The position numbers were made by a program, and so were the translations under genes. The notes beneath the pieces were generated by a model. The model was given only the letters and a program-made list of their open reading frames with translations, did not search any database and was not told the DNA's origin. Positions 14,975-29,800 of a DNA stretch of 64,000 nt are shown in pieces. Each line of letters opens with the position of its first letter. Position 1 is the stretch's first letter. Source of the DNA: Mizuhopecten yessoensis (Eukaryota); NCBI RefSeq assembly GCF_002113885.1, contig NW_018407357.1, positions 792,591 through 856,590 on the forward strand. Direction: 5' to 3'.

Positions 14975-16215
14975 GACACCGACTCTCAACATCACACTGA
15001 CTCTCAACATCACACTGACTCTCAACATCACACAAACTCCAAACATCACACTGACTCAAAACATCACACCGACTCTCAACATCACACTGAATCTCAACAT
15101 CACACTAGCTCCTAACATCACACTGAATCTCAACATCACACTAGCTTCCAACATCAAACTGACTCTCAACATCACACTAGCTCTCAACATCACACTGACT
15201 CTCAACATCACACAAACTCCAAACATCACACTGACTCAAAACATCACACCGACTCTCAACATCACACTGACACTCAACATCACGCTGACTCAAAACATAG
15301 CACTGGCTCTCAACATCACACTAGCTCTCAACATCACACTGAATCTCAACATCACACAAACTCTCAACATCACACTGACTCTCAACATCACACTAGCTCT
15401 CAACATCACACTGAATCTCAACATCACACCGACTCTCAGTATCACACCGACTCTGAACATCACAACGACTCTCAACTTCACCGACTGACTTTCAACATCG
15501 CACAAACACCAAACATCATACTGACTCTCATCATCACACTTACTTTCAAAATCACACTGACTTTCAACATTACACAAACTCCAAACATCACACTGACTCA
15601 AAACAACACATTGATTCTCACCATCACACAAACTCCCAACATCGCACCTACCCTCAACATCACACTGACTCTCAACATCACACAAACTCCAAACATCACA
15701 CTGACTCAAAACAAAACATTGATTCTCACCATCACACAAACTCCCAACATCGCACTTACTCTCAACATCACACTGATTCTCAACATCACACCGACTCTCA
15801 ACATCACACCGACTCTCAACTTCACCAACTGACTTTCAACATCACATAAACTCCCAACATCACAGTGACTCTCATCATCACACTAACTTTCAAAATCACA
15901 CTAACTTTTAACATTACACAAACTCCAAACATCACACTGACTCAAAACAACACATTGATTCTCACCATCACACAAACTCCCAACATCGCACTTACTCTCA
16001 ACATCACACTGATTCTCAACATCACACCGACTCTCAACATCACACCGACTCTCAACTTCACCGACTCTCAAAATCGCACTGAATCTCAATATCGCACTGC
16101 CTCTCAACATCACACCGACTCTCAAAATCGCACTGAATCTCAACATCACACTGACTCTCAACATCACACTGACTCTCAACATCACACCCCCACCTTCACA
16201 TTGACTGTCAACATC
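14975..16215. repeat. Second array of the same 18-bp minisatellite
   Basis: Same unit; separated from the first array by ~800 bp of unique DNA. Confidence 0.95.
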
Positions 16216-16529
16216 ACTAACGTTTTCAATTTAGATCTATATTGCTGTCACTATTTTTTGGTTATCTTTCACGACCAGGCACTCATGATATCTCCATTAT
16301 TATTGTTTTTATTTCCGACACAAACGCATCCTTCATACATCCGCATGTTTATTGTCTGCCAATTTGCTGACTTTTCACTGGTAGTTACACATCTGACTAT
16401 TTTCATCATTACACACATATTCAAGTACAGACTTTTCACAAAGAAACAAATCTGAGTACACACTTTTCATCAGGATACAAATCCGAGTACGAACGTTTCA
16501 CCAGGGGAGAAATCCGAGTACAGACTTTT

Positions 16530-17750
16530 CGATGTAAGACACCTACCCTAGTACACACTTTTCACTGTAAGACACCTACCCTAGTACATACTTTTCAGTG
16601 TAAGACACCTTCCCTAGTACATACTTTTCAATGTAAGACACCTACCCTAGTACATACTTTTCAATGTAAGACACCTACCCTAGTACATACTTTTCACTGT
16701 AAGACACCTACCCTAGTACACACTTTTCATTGTAAGACACCTACCCTAGCATAGATCTTTCACTGTAAGACACTTACCCTAGTTCATATTTTTCATTGTA
16801 AGACACCTACCTAGTACATACTTTTCAGTGTAAGACACCTACCTAGTACATACTTTTCAGTGTAAGACACCTTCCCTAGGACATACTTTTCAATGTAAGA
16901 CACCTACCCTAGTACATACTTTTCAATGTAAGACACCTACCCTAGTACACACTTTTCATTGTAAGACACCTTCCCTAGCATAGATCTTTCACTGTAAGAC
17001 ACCTCCCCTAGTACACACTTTTCCCTGTAAGACACCTTCCCTAGTACAGACTTTTCATTGTAAGACACCTACCCTAGTACAGATTTTTCACTGTAAGACA
17101 CCTACCCTAGTACACACTTTTCATTGTAAGACACCTACCCTAGTACACACTTTTCATTGTAAGACACCTACCCTAGTATAGATCTTTCACTGTAAGACAC
17201 CTACCCTAGTACACACTTTTCACTGTAAGACACCTCCCCTAGTACACACTTTTCCCTGTAAGACACCTTCCCTAGTACAGACTTTTCATTGTAAGACACC
17301 TACCCTAGTACATACTTTTCACTGTAAGACACCTATTCTAGTACAGATCTTTCACTGTAAGACACCTACCCTAGTACACACTTTTCACTGTAAGACACCT
17401 ACCCTAGTACAGATCTTTCACTGTAAGACACATTCCCTATTACAGAGCTTTATGGATGGTCGGGTGGCGCAGTGGATAGCGCACTTGCATTTCACCAAGG
17501 CGGCCGGGGTTCGATTCCCAGATGTGACGTGAACAGGTATGGGGTCACCTACCCGACCACGTGTGTTTTCTCCGGGTTCTCCGGTTTTTCTCCCAAAGTC
17601 AGATCCCCCTCGCGCTAACATCTGGTACAACAAGAGTGATTAATATAAGTTGTAAAAACTTGTTTCATAATTGTTGTAAAATAAATAAAGTTTATATTTA
17701 TATTTACAGACCTTTCAATGTAAGACACCTACCCTAGTAAATTCTTTTCA
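16530..17750. repeat. 33-bp satellite (tgtaagacacctaccctagtacacacttttcac), interrupted by a SINE
   Basis: Direct periodicity; the array resumes after 17704. Confidence 0.95.
17452..17703 (+). mobile_element. tRNA-derived SINE (V-domain-like), full length
   Basis: A-box tggcgcagtgg, B-box ggttcgattccc, core ttctccgggttctccggttt, (tttata)n tail; flanking repeat ttacagagcttt (17440-17451) / ttacagaccttt (17704-17715). Confidence 0.85.
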
Positions 17751-17790
17751 CTTGTGACAAACCCAAAAATAACAGACTTCACTGTGAGAC

Positions 17791-17882
17791 ACCATCTTCG
17801 ACACTCCGGGGTTACTCACCTACGCTCTCTGCTCTGTAGAGTGAGTGAAAATGTGCTTAACCCCTGGAGTGTCGAGGATGGT
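17791..17882. mobile_element. ~90-bp palindromic MITE
   Basis: accatcttcgacactccggggtta ... taacccctggagtgtcgaggatggt; gagac directly repeated on both sides. Confidence 0.65.
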
Positions 17883-20749
17883 GAGACACCTACCCGAGGA
17901 CAAACTTTGTGGTTTCTAAGAAACACTGTCTAGGACAGAATACTTGATACTGAGAGTACACTGGTCAATACAAACAAGATCCTTGCCAGCAGACAAATGC
18001 TTTCTCCTATTTGTGGTGAAACAGATTCGAAGGTATTGTGTCGTTCCAAATCTTAGAATGGCTAGAAGGCTAGACTGAATAAACCATTATATTAAGAGAC
18101 GTAAACAATGTACGACGAGCATTCCCGTCAGTAAGTTAACAAAGATGTTGTGTAAAGCGGCGAGTTTATGTAGCGTACACGGTTACTGTCATGTAAATCA
18201 AGAGAAAACACGGATACAGATCTGGGATGGCCGTGAAGACCAGCAATCTCCTTTTGTTTCTTCATGAGAAAGTAAAGCTTAGAGCACTTCAATGCGTATC
18301 AAGACAAACCTCCTACACTGCCTTTCAAACACTGTCTTGATTTCCGATAATCCTTCTGCAAAGCGTTATAATGTGGGTTATCGAGGCCTGCACAATATAA
18401 TGTATCAAGGAGAAAAAAACATTGCGGAGAACCACGAAATCTTTACGGGTCCCATTAACATGTTAATCACGTAATCCAGTCATTAAGGGACTTTGATGTA
18501 GACATGACTAGTCCATTGATTTAATATTAATAAATAAAGTCACATAAAGTTCACTCTTGCTCCCGTGTGACCACAGTCATTACATGTACCTGTACAACAC
18601 ATGATTAACGGGTAGATCAGCGAATCGAACTCCTGTCATTGCCTTTCTTATGAAAAGCAATACAGGGGAGACAACCCTTACTTAATCTGCAATTTTCTGC
18701 TAAGGTTAACTAATAACATAATAAAGTTATTCAGATTTACATTTGTGTTATCATCATCTTCATGTATATTTCAAATCTGAAAACAAATATAGCCAAGATT
18801 GTGAGTAAGAACCTGTATGTACATGTCTATTTGTCTGGAACTGTGTATGTTGTTTTAGTGAGATGCCTCTCTAAAGTCGGCATCACAAAATAAAACAACA
18901 CTCGCCTTCAGCACGCATGTCGATTTGGTTTATTTTGTTTTTGGCTTAACGACCTATCAACAGCTAAGGTTTTTAAGGACGTGCCTCCACGTGTGTAACA
19001 TATACATGCATGTGTGTATGTGTGTGTGTTGGAGGCGGTATGCTGTTGTTAATTCCTCCTGGCGATAGCGCGCATCTGATTACGACTTTAGAGTGCTGCC
19101 TCACTGAAATACCACACCGAAGGCATCCAGCACGTCATTCCACCTGGTCACGTTATACTGACAAGGGGTAAACCAGTGGTTGCGATCCTGAATGTTGAAC
19201 GTTAAGAAGGGAATTCCAGCTTCCCTTTTAAAAAACTTTTGTTTGTCGTGCGGCCTGTTCGTTTATGTGGAGCAAGCGGTTCGGGGTTTTTTAATGCTAC
19301 ATTTTTGGGTATATACAGGCCTTGCAAGGCTCGTCTGAAAGCAGCATCAGATTACTTGGTCCAACCTTATTTTATAAACTCAACCGTTTGGATCGCGATA
19401 AACAAAAGCGGTCCGGTCTGGGGACAGTACAACGCACGTTGAAGCACGAACCCAACAAAACCAGACCAAAATGTATGTCACAGTAAGGTAGAGTATCTAC
19501 TTGATACCATTACAACATGTTCATGTGAATTACACGTGGCGACATATCTAAATATACCTTCAGCACCGTCAATAATCACGGGTGTCGCATACAATCCGAC
19601 CTGTATGGAGATGCCTGTGACGGTTAGGAAGACCCTCACCCCAGTGGAAACTAAATTGATGATTTGACAGTTAACGGAACCAAACAGGAAGATCTGATAA
19701 CGATCGCTTTCTTTGTCAATAAACATACAAATTTCCTAATTATACACAAACATTTATACATAGAAGTACAAACATGCATGATCACACTGTCAATAGACAA
19801 GCTTTTGATCAAAGTGGCTGTCGATTTTGGCCTGATTTTGACACATTCTTATCAGGAGTCGGATCGATGGCTTGTCTACTAAAGGCTGGCTAGTGTATAT
19901 ATGCATCAGCGGTCATATCATTCACGAAGCGGACAGATGAAAATGTGATTATTTTATGATTGATATCAAGTAAACGTTTTGATATGCAAATGCATACTTA
20001 TAATTAGCCACTATTAAAGCGAACCACGCGCTTTTTTTTTACATGGGAAGTATAATCCTGGTAGAGCGATGTATATAATTGACAGTTTCCCACTTAATTT
20101 GGTTAAATAATTTTCTGATTGTGAACGATATATACAACCGAACTATTTATTGTTTACTTCAGATTATCAATATGGTCGTGTCGTTCGTTTTTCCTTTGAA
20201 TTGTATTGGAATATATCTCTCTGTTTAAAAGTAAACCCTCTTATTGTCAACGCCAAATGTCTCACGGATACTTAAAGTTTCAAATGCGTTTGTTGTTATA
20301 TTTGTTTGTATTTTCCTTTGACGACTTGGTCAGTGTAATAAAATAAGGAAATAAGGAAATTGCTTATTGTTTATACTTCAAATACTAGTGGACCATATCA
20401 ATTATAATATATGTGTGTACTGATGTACATATACGTGCGTACATACCGGAACCGGTGTAATCCGGAAACTTGACCAAAATTGTCCATAGGTCCTACATAA
20501 ATAAAAAATAAATAAACATACAACATTTGATAAAGCGCCCTATCTAGCTAACATAAGCCACTCTAAAGCGCTTGACAGTACATAGATATACAATTTTATA
20601 CAGTCAATACAATTAGCATATGTATTACATATAGTTTTATAGGGTTTAACGTCCTTTCAACAGCTAACGGAGTTTAATGACATGTGATAGGACGTTAAAC
20701 ACAATCAAACCAAACTTAAAATAACAAGAAATTGAACTGGAAATCAAGG

Positions 20750-20910
20750 ACATAACATACTCTTCTACATCGGCCACTACCCTCGATCTTAAATTCCAAC
20801 ATGATCGGAAGGGATGGCTTACTACTAAGCTTTACCGGAATTGTGTCGACTTCGATTTTTCTGGTCGTGAACTTTCCCTTGCTTGATAGTAGCATTCCTT
20901 ATCCCCATAC
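20750..20910 (+). pseudogene. Degenerate Penelope-like RT C-terminal fragment
   Basis: Reads approximately SATTLDLKFQHDRKGWLTTKLY..DFDF / VVNFPLLDSSIP, matching the recalled PLE motif SYLDL...TKLYDKRDDF.F.IVNFP.L.SNIP. Confidence 0.6.
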
Positions 20911-21737
20911 GTTTTTTTCAAAGATATCAGAATGAATACTATCGGCAAGGTATATGGCCGCCATTTTTCTTTATGTGATATGAAGTTCGATGTTCTTCAT
21001 TATGCTCAATGATGTGTCTTATTGATTCGTTGTCACTAGCCTCGTTTTCGCCCTGCAGACGTGACAATGCTTGCATTTGACGACATGACGGATTCGTCGA
21101 TGAAGCAGAAGACGTTTACTCTTCCGGAACACCTGGTCTTATTCCCCTTGTACTTTTTCAACGGTCACTTTGACATTATTTTGTTGTTGTGAAGCGACGA
21201 GGTAAACAAAAGATTGTATGTTACGGAAATGTGTTTTCTCTACGTATGCAAGTTCCCTATAGATAACTTGATACAGTCGTGATAGACTGTCGCTAGGACT
21301 GATAGTTTCTCACGAATCCGAGGTCATATGATGATTATAATATCAAGCTGCATCTAATATTTTCATCATTTGACTTACCGATGTTTTAACTGGTTGAATT
21401 AAACGACCTTCACCTGTAAATGACTCTTGGAAATGGTGTGTTGCAGCGTGTCTGCTATGAATCTTCAATTTTCATAATCACGTCTAAAAGATCTTTTTAT
21501 AAAACATACAACTTAGTGATGTCATTGTGTTTTTTATATTTAATAAGGGGAGAAAGCGGCGACAAGAATAACGGATGGTGACGTCACTCTCTATGACGTT
21601 ATATTTCTGAAAATCAATGGCAGGATCAAGTATGCGGAGCGTTTGGATGCCAACTATATTATGTGGGGACTACAATCAGCTGTTTTGCGTCATATGAGAA
21701 ATAGTTCATCCCATGGTTGACAGTTTTATGAATACAT

Positions 21738-22075
21738 TTTTATCCGTCCGTCGTAAACTTTTGTTTGTCCGGCAATCTCCTCCTACATTTTTCGACCGAT
21801 CTCTTTGAAACTTGGTATACATTATAATCATAATATGAAGTTGTGTCTCCCTCAAAAGAATTTTGATTCAACAATTTTTGCAAACGTAATTGCCCTTTGT
21901 TCACTTCAGTATTAGATTTTTGTCCGGAGATTTTCTCCTACATTTTTTATAGCATGTCAGCTAACCACTCTTATAATGATGCAGAGATATATTATTTCAA
22001 TGTAAGAAAGTATATAACACTATAATTATGGCATTCGAGGGACATATATTGTTCCGCCCCGCGGTACTCTTGTTG
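21738..22075. mobile_element. Helentron-type non-autonomous element (HINE-like)
   Basis: tttttat...gtccgtc start, internal repeated tttgtccgg..tctcctacatttt, ends ctcttgtt. Confidence 0.5.
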
Positions 22076-24239
22076 TATTATTATTTACGCAATAGCCTCG
22101 CATTACAGTATATTAAACACCTGTATGATTATATTATTAATGAATGAAATACAATGCATATCAATCTGTAAGATTATATATGAAAAAGCATGTTGCGATG
22201 ACCCCTTGTAAACATCCTTGATCGGTAGACAAGTACACTATATTATGTATCCGCACTATCATGTACGTAGTCGTCGAACCGGACACTTCTAATTGAAAAT
22301 TATCATAGTGGGGAATGACTCGGAGAAGTTTCCGGGCCGATGATAAATTGCTGGCAATTAAATTGTATCTAGACCAGGAAGTAAATAAAAACACGTGTTG
22401 TTTTGATGTTATGCTGCAGCATGTTCGTTACACACTCTTCACGTAAATAAAAGTAAAGCGACGTGTTTGTGCTTATGCAGTCTAGATAAGAAATGTTTTC
22501 TATTCCATATTTAAATTTTGACAAGATATTTAATATCTTCAATGAGTTGGCAAAATTTAATGACCTATACATGTCAACTACAATTGATAAACAGACGAGG
22601 AGATGCATTCATTCTAATATTTAGCATTCCTTATTGAAATGTCTTACATCATATAGTTCTATTTTTGCATTTGATATTCACTCGTATTTAATAGGGTCGT
22701 TCTCGTAAAATGAAGAATACAAGAGTACGATTATAATTTGTATGCTGTTAACTTTTTTCTTGAAATAATTGAAGTTGAAAGATCTTCAAGTATTGAACTT
22801 GTTCTATATAAGTTAAAATTGCACAGGACAGGTGTGATATTAGCGCCTCTTTGCCACCTGTGAGAGAGCAGACTGAAATACATATCTAACGAAAACGTTA
22901 ACGTCTGCATAACGGGATTTTACTATACTGATAAAATATTGATGTTGAAATAACATGAACAATTGTGTGCGCATTGATCTGTGATGGTTGTGAAAGCTGG
23001 CAAATAGCGATGGATTTGGGTGTATAGCGGGTGTTAAGTGGCTGACGTGTGTCAGGTTCGACCAGTTACTGCAAAATTTATTGAAAAACATTGTATGGAA
23101 AGTTGTTTAAATGCATCCAGACGTCACTGAAAATCTGTCGGAATACCCGCAAGTTAGTGCAACTTGTTGTCCGGATAATTGTAGGAAATCAAATTCCGTT
23201 ACATTTAATTTTACAGAAAACATTAAATAATTAAAATGAAGCTAGTACTTCATTTATGAAAAACTACCTCGCTTCAGAGCTTTACTTGACTAAACAGATG
23301 CTTGCCGTTTAACGGAAATTAAAGCCCGGACGCCGGAGTGGCTATTACACTGTCACCGCTTACATCCATTATTGACACAGATTTGACCAGGCCAGGTTGC
23401 AACACAGTCGAAACCAAATAAACTTTCAATTAGACCTGGTCACTAAATGGTTATGTCAAGAGAAATATTTCGTTGGGTATATTCAAAAGTAATGTATGTA
23501 TATAAGATAAATTCTTCATTTATTTATCTATCTCTCAGATTCAGCTTCTCTTGGTTCACCGTACCATTCAATACAAACATTACACCTATACATTTTCCAG
23601 ATCGATCATGTAATGTGCCTGTGTTCAACAAAGCTTTTAACGTGGATTTCCAGACGACGTCCGAAATGCAGTAAAACCTCGATATAATGGCCTTCGTGTC
23701 ACTGCCACCTTGCTTATCGCTAACTATTTTATTGCTATTTTCCGGTCACATTTCTCTAGATACATCTCTAACCCCTTAAATAACGCCAACATCTAGCTGG
23801 TCAAAAGACCGCAGTATAACGGGAATTTAAAGTACATTTCGTTTTATGCTTTTTTTATCATGAAAGATAGACATTTCCAAGAAATCGGAGATATCAGATA
23901 AGTTTGCCTGTCGTGGTGTTTTTTTAGACTTCCCTACGATATTAAACAAATGTGAAGTGCAAGTCCAGCGATAAATTCCTTTATTTTTTGTTCAATGTCA
24001 CACCCTTTTTCTCAAATACCAAATTCGTGCCCATATTAGTTTATCATGTTTGATAGACATTTCCAGAAAATGGAAATATTAGACTGGTTTGCCTGTCGTA
24101 GTTTTTCTTGACCCCCATAGACTTCGCCACCCATACAAGCATCAAAGAGCATAGCCTAGCGGAGAGAAATGGTTTGAAAGCAGGTATTCCAGTCTATAAG
24201 CAAAATACTAAGGCATATATTTTAAAAAAAAAAACTTTA

Positions 24240-24362
24240 TTTATTTTACAACAATTATGAAACAAATTATTTCAACTTATATTAATCACTCTTGTTGGAC
24301 CGGATTTTAGCGTGCAGGGGGTCTTAATGTGGGAGGAAACCGGAGTACCCGGAGAACCCATG
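24240..24362 (-). mobile_element. Truncated copy of the 17452-17703 SINE family
   Basis: Reverse complement of the SINE 3' part (tatattaatcactcttgt; gtgggaggaaaccggagtacccggagaa). Confidence 0.75.
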
Positions 24363-25729
24363 TGGTGGTGTTATTTTAAAAGAACCTGTGTAAGTCCCGG
24401 TACGAAATAGTTTATACCTTGATTATTTTAAGTCCGTTTACCAGGTGTTAACATTCTTCAATTTTGACAAGACGTTTAACTTCATATACGAAATTGGACG
24501 AAAAAACAATGACCTATAAAATAGTTTATTCCCTGCGGTAATTTCTTTATCTCAAACCTCCTCATTGAAATGTCTCATATCATAAAGCTCTATTTTCGCA
24601 TTGATATGGCTCGTTTTTCAAGGGGTTATTTTATTTATTTAAATCAAAATTATATCTAAATATCTATTCATATTGAATCCATTGTTTATTTGCACTTTTG
24701 TAATTACATAAGTAATTTGATGGCAAAAACAAATTAACATAACACCAGAATTACGAAGTATATGTACGATCTCACCCAACACATTCTCCGCGGTAATTAC
24801 CAAGCACACTGCCCTAAACGAAATAAACTGTTTTTAACAAAAAAAAGTAAGATACGTAAATTTATTTAAAACTTTGATGTATGAACATTTTGAATCATAT
24901 TTTACACTATGTGTGACATTTAAGCTGTTAGTGTAATCGATGTTTGTGTGGACAAATATCCTAGATAGGGACCTCCTCAACCACAGGGGAACTCGGCACA
25001 GTATAATCTATATCGGTGAAAGTAAATATATGTTTTCGTGTAATGTATCGAACAATAAAATTGAAATAGCTTCAACCAACCAAATAACACTGGGAATTCA
25101 ATCCGTAGCTGTTTTACATGGCATACGTTTCTTAACAGCCTGTAACAAAAATCAATAAGATTTTTTGTTTTAATAATGATGGCATATGCAACAATACAGG
25201 CGGACAGTGACGTCATAGTCAAGGTGTGTGTAAACGTTTAGTCGTAGTTGATTAACAGGATCGTTCCATACATTTAGGGTACGGCAGAGAAACCGAGGAG
25301 GGGGTGTAGTTCTCTACGTTACCTCCAATACACGCTAAGGCAAGTTATCTTTTTCTACTACATTTGCCTCAAACAAATTACGTAAAGCAAAGGCGTTTTT
25401 TCATTCATTGTGTAAGTTAGAACATTGGCAGTACTATTAAACGAGAACTATTTTCATGACATACCTGGTAAATCGATATTTTACGCTATAGTAACGTGGC
25501 GTCATTATTATGACATCGATACCATTTTGTAGAATTGTTGGTTTGTAACAAAAGTAACACATGGGTTCATCTGATTCTCAGACTGCACTTGGTCATTGCG
25601 CGAATGGACTTATTTCACTCGGCTAAAGCCCTTGATCGAAGGAGAAGAAGAAATTAATCACTTCTGTTAAGCACTAGTACAGACATGTTGCTGGCTATAT
25701 GCTTTAATAGTGTGTGCTTCCGTGTAGGA

Positions 25730-26320
25730 CTAGTCTGCTTCCTTTTGTGAAGGCCAGTGCGGGGTGTGTCTGCTTCCTTTTGTGAAGGTCAGTGTGGGGT
25801 ATGTCTGCTTCCTTTTGTGAAGGCCAGTGTGGGGTATGTCTGCTTCGTTTTGTGAAGGCTAGTGTTAGGCTAGTCTGCTTCCTTTTGTGAAGGTCAGTGT
25901 GGGGTATGTCTGCTTCGTTTTGTGAAGGCCAGTGTGGGGCTTATCTGCTTCCTTTTGTGAAGGCAAGTGTGGGGTATGTCTGCTTCGTTTTGTGAAGGCC
26001 AGTGTGGGGTTTGTCTGCTTCCTTTTGTGAAGGTCAGTGTGGGGTATGTCTGCTTCCGTTTGTGAAGGCCAGTGTGGGGCATATCTGCTTCCTTTTGTGA
26101 AGGCCAGTGTGGGGTATGTCGGCTTCCTTTTGTGAAGGCCAGTGTTGGGTATGTCTGCTTTCTTTTGTGAAGGCCAGTGTGGGGTATTTTTGCTTCCTTT
26201 TGTGAAGGCCAGTGTTGGGTATGTCTGCTTCCTTTTGTGAAGGCCAGTGTGGGGTATGTCTGCTTCCGTTTGTGAAGGCCAGTGTGGGGTATGTCTGCTT
26301 CCTTTTGTGAAGGCTAGTGT
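25730..26320. repeat. 35-bp satellite (tgtgaaggccagtgtggggtatgtctgcttccttt), grading into diverged variants to ~26840
   Basis: tgtgaagg at 25781, 25816, 25851... Confidence 0.94.
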
Positions 26321-26889
26321 CAGGCCAGCCTAACATTCATTTTGTGTATGTTAGTCTGGAGTCAGCCTGCTTCCCGTTGTGTATGTTAGTGTGGGGCCAA
26401 CCTGCTCCCTGTTGTGCATGTTAGTGTGGGGCCTGCCTGCTTCCTGTTGTGTATGCTATTGTGGAGCCAGCCTGCTTCCTGTTGTGTATGTTAGGGTGGA
26501 GCCTGCCTGCTTCCTGTTGTGTATGTTGGTGTGGGGCCACAAAATGAAGCAGACAGGCTCCACAATAACATACACAACAGGAAGCAGGCAGGCTCCACAC
26601 TAACATACACAACATGAAGTAGGCAGGCTTCACACTGGCCTGCTTCTTTTACTGTTGGGCCAGTGTGTTGCCAGTCTGCTTATTGGGGCCAGTATGTGGC
26701 CAGCCTGCTTCCTTTTGTGTTTGGACATTGTTGGACTTGCCTGCTTTCTTTCGTGTAGGGCAAGTGTGGGACCAGCCTTCTTCCTTCTGTGTGGGACATT
26801 TAGGGCCAACCTGCATACTTTTGTGTGGGGCGAGTGTGTGGCCAGCGACGATAACTATACGTAAGAGTTACATCCCTTCGACCGCTATT

Positions 26890-29800
26890 GACGTTGAAAT
26901 AGTCTGGGCCATCCCAGGTCTGGACCAGTCTCCTACATTCATTTTACCTGTCTCCCTTTCCGAGTTGATCTGGGAGACTGTTCCACACCCGGGCGGCCTC
27001 GTAGGAGAAAGATTTGAGTCCATACCTTGTAGTGTTGACCCTAGGTAATACAGCTGTATTCTCTTGTCTGCAATTGTAATTAGTTACCTTTATTTCAATC
27101 ATATCTTGGATAAAGCGTGGAGAAATTTTCTTAACTATTTTATAGACTTCACAGGCCATGTCTCTCAAACGTCTTATATGTAGTAAATCAGAGTTTGATT
27201 TTTGGACTAAAAGTTAAAAGTAAGACGAAAAGTCACTATAAACAAAACGAGGTGATCTTTCTTGATTTTTTTTCCATTTTCCGTACACTTTTTACCGAAC
27301 AGAAATGCCAAACGAGAGGGAAATAATTAAAGCTTGAAAAAAGGAATGAGTTGTAAATAAATTTTCTCCCTTCCTTAGACAAAAAATTACCTCTCCTTTT
27401 CAGTACAGATAATTGTCCGGAGACCTTTTTTACAGAGCTCTGAGATGTGGTAGTCAAAATTCAATAAATCATCAAAATTTACACCTAGTAATTTGACATT
27501 GTTTTCACAATTAAGAGATACACCTCCAACATCAAAAGATTTTATTTTATCAAATGTTCGTTTTCCAATGCTGATTGCCTTAAACTTTTCAGGATTGGCT
27601 TTCAGATCATTTTTACTAAACCAATCAACAACATGAGTACATTCTTTTTCTAAAATGGATTTTAAGACAGTAGGATCATTATGGGTGTAACCCATAGTAT
27701 TATCATCTGCATAGATGTAAAGAGATGAATTTTCAACACAATCAAAATTATCAATTATAAATATGTTGAAAAGAAGAGGGCCCAGGATAGATCCCTGGGG
27801 AACCCATTTAAGAATACCTGACCAGGTGCTGCAATTTGAAGCCAATTTCACCTGCTGACACCTGCTGCTCAGGTAGCTGGACATCAGGCTCACTGCCTGA
27901 CTGTCTAACCCATATGCTTCCAGCTTCCTGAACAGCAGATTGTGGGGGAGGCAGTCAAAGGCCTTGGATAAGTCCATAAGTATGGCAGCAGAACACTCAT
28001 GGCGATCCAGGGCCAAGCGCGTATTTCCTCCACCAATCTCAGCAGGGTCGTTTGGCATCCAAAACCTGGTCTGAAAGCACCTAGAAAAGGATGGAATATA
28101 TTTTCAAAAAAAATCAGAAAGTTGTCGACTAATATCTTTTTCAAAGAGTTTTGAGATATAAGGAAGGATGCTGGCAGGCCTTTAATTCCTGTGCTTGCTT
28201 TAACCTATCTGGAAAAGAAGATGTAGCAATACTGTGGTTAACTGGAGTACATAGAGGCAAGCTAATATTGGAACAACAAGCCTTAAGTAATTTGGATGAG
28301 ATGCCATCTACTCCTGTCGCCTTCTTTACATTAGATTTAGAGATAGTTTGACTAATACAGTGTTCGGATACAGGCTTAAAAGAGAAAACAGAACTATTTG
28401 CAGTGTCCTGTATCCTGTCTAAAATTATGTTAGTACTTACATTTACCCCCATATTACCTATATCCTGTGCTATATTTACATAATAATCATTCAGAATATT
28501 ACACACTTCCTTTTGATCTGTAATAATTCTATTACCTTCCTCAAGTAAAATCCTCTGGTCACCAGCCAAGCCCTTGTTTGATAAGAAGGGCTTGAATGGT
28601 GGCCTGAATTTTTTTGCCCGAGGCCCCCCAGAACAACGTTCAAAGAAATAGGCTTGCAGAGATTGCCTACTAATTTTAGTAACTTAGTTTCTTTGTTTCC
28701 TATAGTCATCCCAAGTATATTGGGTACGATGTTTCTTATAACGATTACAAAGAACTCTTTTTTATATATAGCTCTTCTAAGTTTAGCATTAAAAAAAGGA
28801 CAGTTCTTCTTTCTCACTAACCTCTCCCTGATGGGAGCATGTTCATAGATGACATCAGTCACGAGACGCTCATGGACCCAGTATATATCGTCGATATCAT
28901 CGAATATATAGGCAACATGAAACGGCACACGACCCATGTCAGTGGAGAACGCATTCTCATCAAAGTTCATAAAACACCTCAATCTTTTCCTTTGTTGGGA
29001 TTGGCCCTTGTCCCTTAAATACAGTACATGTCATATGGTGCCAATCACTAAGACCACAATCAAAGGAAATAGTGTTAAAAAGATACATTTGTTGGTTTGT
29101 TGGAACAACATCAAACAGGCTAGGATTACAGTTTTTCATAAAGCAGGTTGGAGATTTAACGATATTCTCCATATCAAAAACATCACATAAATCACTGATG
29201 ATATTTGCACTACCAGTCTTACCTACATTAATATTTAGATCTCCTGCAACTAAAACATTATGATAATGGATACTAATTGAATCCAATTTAATACTTGAAT
29301 CATTGTACACTAGCTGTTTTGGGTTAGAAAGGGGATTATAAACTCCCATAGCAGCCTATTATTGACTGTAAGTTCTAGAACAAGACTTTCCACAGTTCCA
29401 CACTCTGTCTACAGGGGATGTCAGACCTGACATAACAGAGGATACCACTACCACTTGCTGTCCTGTCCTCCCGGAAAGTCCTGTTACCGTCTACTTGAAA
29501 AAGAGACTGATTAAAAGTGTCATTTAATTTCGTCTCTCCGATAAACAGAATGTCAACAGTCTTTTTGTATAGATTTTCAGCAAGCTCATTACATTTATAT
29601 CGAAGACTTTTAATGTTTATACATGCCAGAATAATGTTCTTGTGACATTTACGTCTCAGGCTAGTAAGTTCTTGAAACGGATCCCCAGGGAAGTGTGCAA
29701 AGGGAGGTCACTCCGATCCATTGGAATGGTACTGGGAGAGCCCGACATAGATAAATGGTCAGACATTGTTGACGATGATACGTCAAAGAATACATAGTCT

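Noticed and set aside
11664-16455. Long ORFs (720, 360, 327 aa etc.) as genes
   Set aside because: Products of an 18-bp repeat that is stop-free in several frames; no domain, ATG context or signal peptide.
17455-17525. tRNA gene
   Set aside because: A/B boxes are followed by a SINE body, tail and TSD, so this is a SINE head.
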